A stretch of DNA of 64,000 nt from Paraphysomonas bandaiensis (lineage: Eukaryota > Protista > Chrysophyceae): contig CBFFRP010000181.1 of the NCBI GenBank assembly GCA_965644295.1, positions 1 to 64,000 on the forward strand, given 5' to 3'. The notes beneath the pieces are model-generated. The model made no database searches, was not told where the DNA came from, and saw nothing but the letters and a program-made list of their open reading frames with translations. The position numbers and the translations under genes are program-made. This document shows, piece after piece, positions 62,797 through 64,000 of the stretch; positions within the stretch are counted from its first letter, which is position 1; the number at the start of each line of letters is the position of its first letter.

Positions 62797-63811
62797 GCTA
62801 CTATGATATGTTCTCGCTGTTATTATGTTCTGTATGTATGATACCATGCTGTGATGAGAGAGCTCCTCCTTCAACACCCACCTCCCTGGATCTATTACTC
62901 ACCAGCAACACCATACATACCACTGGTCACTCATCATCACCACTTATATAGTTCCACACCATTATGGTGCGGGCTTGAGTACGGTACCTTCCACATTTTA
63001 CAGAAAACTGTATGCACTGAATATCTATTACAAGCGCAATCTTTACGATCTTTAATGGCCAAATTCAGTTTACATTTTACTCTGTAGAACACAACAATAC
63101 AGCAATATTGATATGAATGCTTTGTTGAATTTTAGTTTTTGTCCAGTTACGAAATGTTTTTATACCATCTGTATGATATGTACTGAACATATTTCTTGAG
63201 TAAAAATATTTTCTGAAAATTGTCACCATCTATGTAGTTCTGTACAATATGGCCCTAACAAATCGTCCAGAAATGTTCCTTCATTAACCAGTTTAGTCCG
63301 GCTCTCATAATCGAGACTGTCCTTTCGCTATAACTGAACATTTCAAAGTTATTATGATCTATAGCGATACCTGTATTAACAGGATATCATCCATCAATAA
63401 GACATAAGTATATATATATATCGGCTGAAGATATCTGTTGCCGTAGAAATACTGTGTTCTTGATATCGTTTGTGTCTTCTGTTATGAGAACTCGAATCAT
63501 TGTAGTCGAATCCTATTACGATGCACGATACATGTGTCCAAAGCAACTTCCGTCATCATCATAGTTCTTTAGGTGAGCTTTTTTTCACCTGTAAATGATC
63601 CCTTATACTTCTGTTCTTTCCGTGTCTCTTCGATTGGATAAATTTAGTGTTTTCTTCATTAATCCAATCACTGTAATCTGCAAATTGCTTTTATCTCACT
63701 ACAATGGTGCATCATTATCTGTTAGGTACGTATTAGTGTAAAGTTGATTCAATTCCAACGCATTTTATCAGGGCCCGATAACAATATATTGCTAGCAAAA
63801 ATTAATAATAT

Positions 63812-63925
63812 ATATTGAAAGTCTTATTATTAGCAATAGGCGTTAATTATCTGCACCAGCTTAGAAAACCAGTCAAGCTGTATAGGCATCTCCCATTTAC
63901 CATTAACTAACTCTTATATCCTACT
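63812..63925 (-). mobile_element. Family A element, 3' tail fragment
   Basis: TATATTGAAAGTCTTATTATTAGCAATAGGCGTT is the reverse complement of the family tail. Confidence 0.65.
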
Positions 63926-64000
63926 AAATATATTGCAATATATTGATAATAAAACATTAGCTCGATCGGTAGTTAGTAGAGGTTTTAACATGATGACGAA

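Larger units (their letters stand above)
59160..62975 (-). mobile_element. Crypton-like tyrosine-recombinase DNA transposon
   Basis: Stand-alone YR gene without RT; bounded by inverted AGCCCGCACC (59160-59169) / GGTGCGGGCT (62966-62975); ends inferred. Confidence 0.7.

Overview
Eukaryotic nuclear DNA with short GT-AG introns and standard genetic code; the gene and TE content suggests a stramenopile protist (inference). 1-14 kb is a nested transposon cluster. It holds a Ty3/Gypsy LTR retrotransposon cut by the window edge, with gag and pol separated only by an in-frame TGA, an IFDN RT motif instead of YxDD, and a CCCH finger in Gag. Next come a 5'-truncated RNase H-bearing LINE, a DD109E IS630/Tc1/mariner (Sailor-like) transposon inserted into that LINE, and five tandem copies of a probable Gypsy pol 3' end. 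14-59 kb holds host genes: GT34, LRR/EF-hand, EF-hand/Zn-ribbon, POP4, TPD-nuclease+2xKH, CCR4/PDE12-like, RPL19, an AP2-like protein, a sugar-acid kinase-class II aldolase fusion, a FabG4-like reductase, a TPR protein, an SLC25A42-like carrier and a double-PH protein. 59-63 kb is a Crypton-like tyrosine-recombinase element with inverted hairpin ends. The top candidate for an undescribed system is a dispersed non-coding retroelement family (9 copies or fragments). Its 5' end folds into an HDV-ribozyme-like double pseudoknot starting at the shared 5' boundary, and its 3' part carries a covarying GNRA stem-loop shared with the 3' UTR of the LINE in this window. All calls are from manual reading; no searches or folding programs were run.
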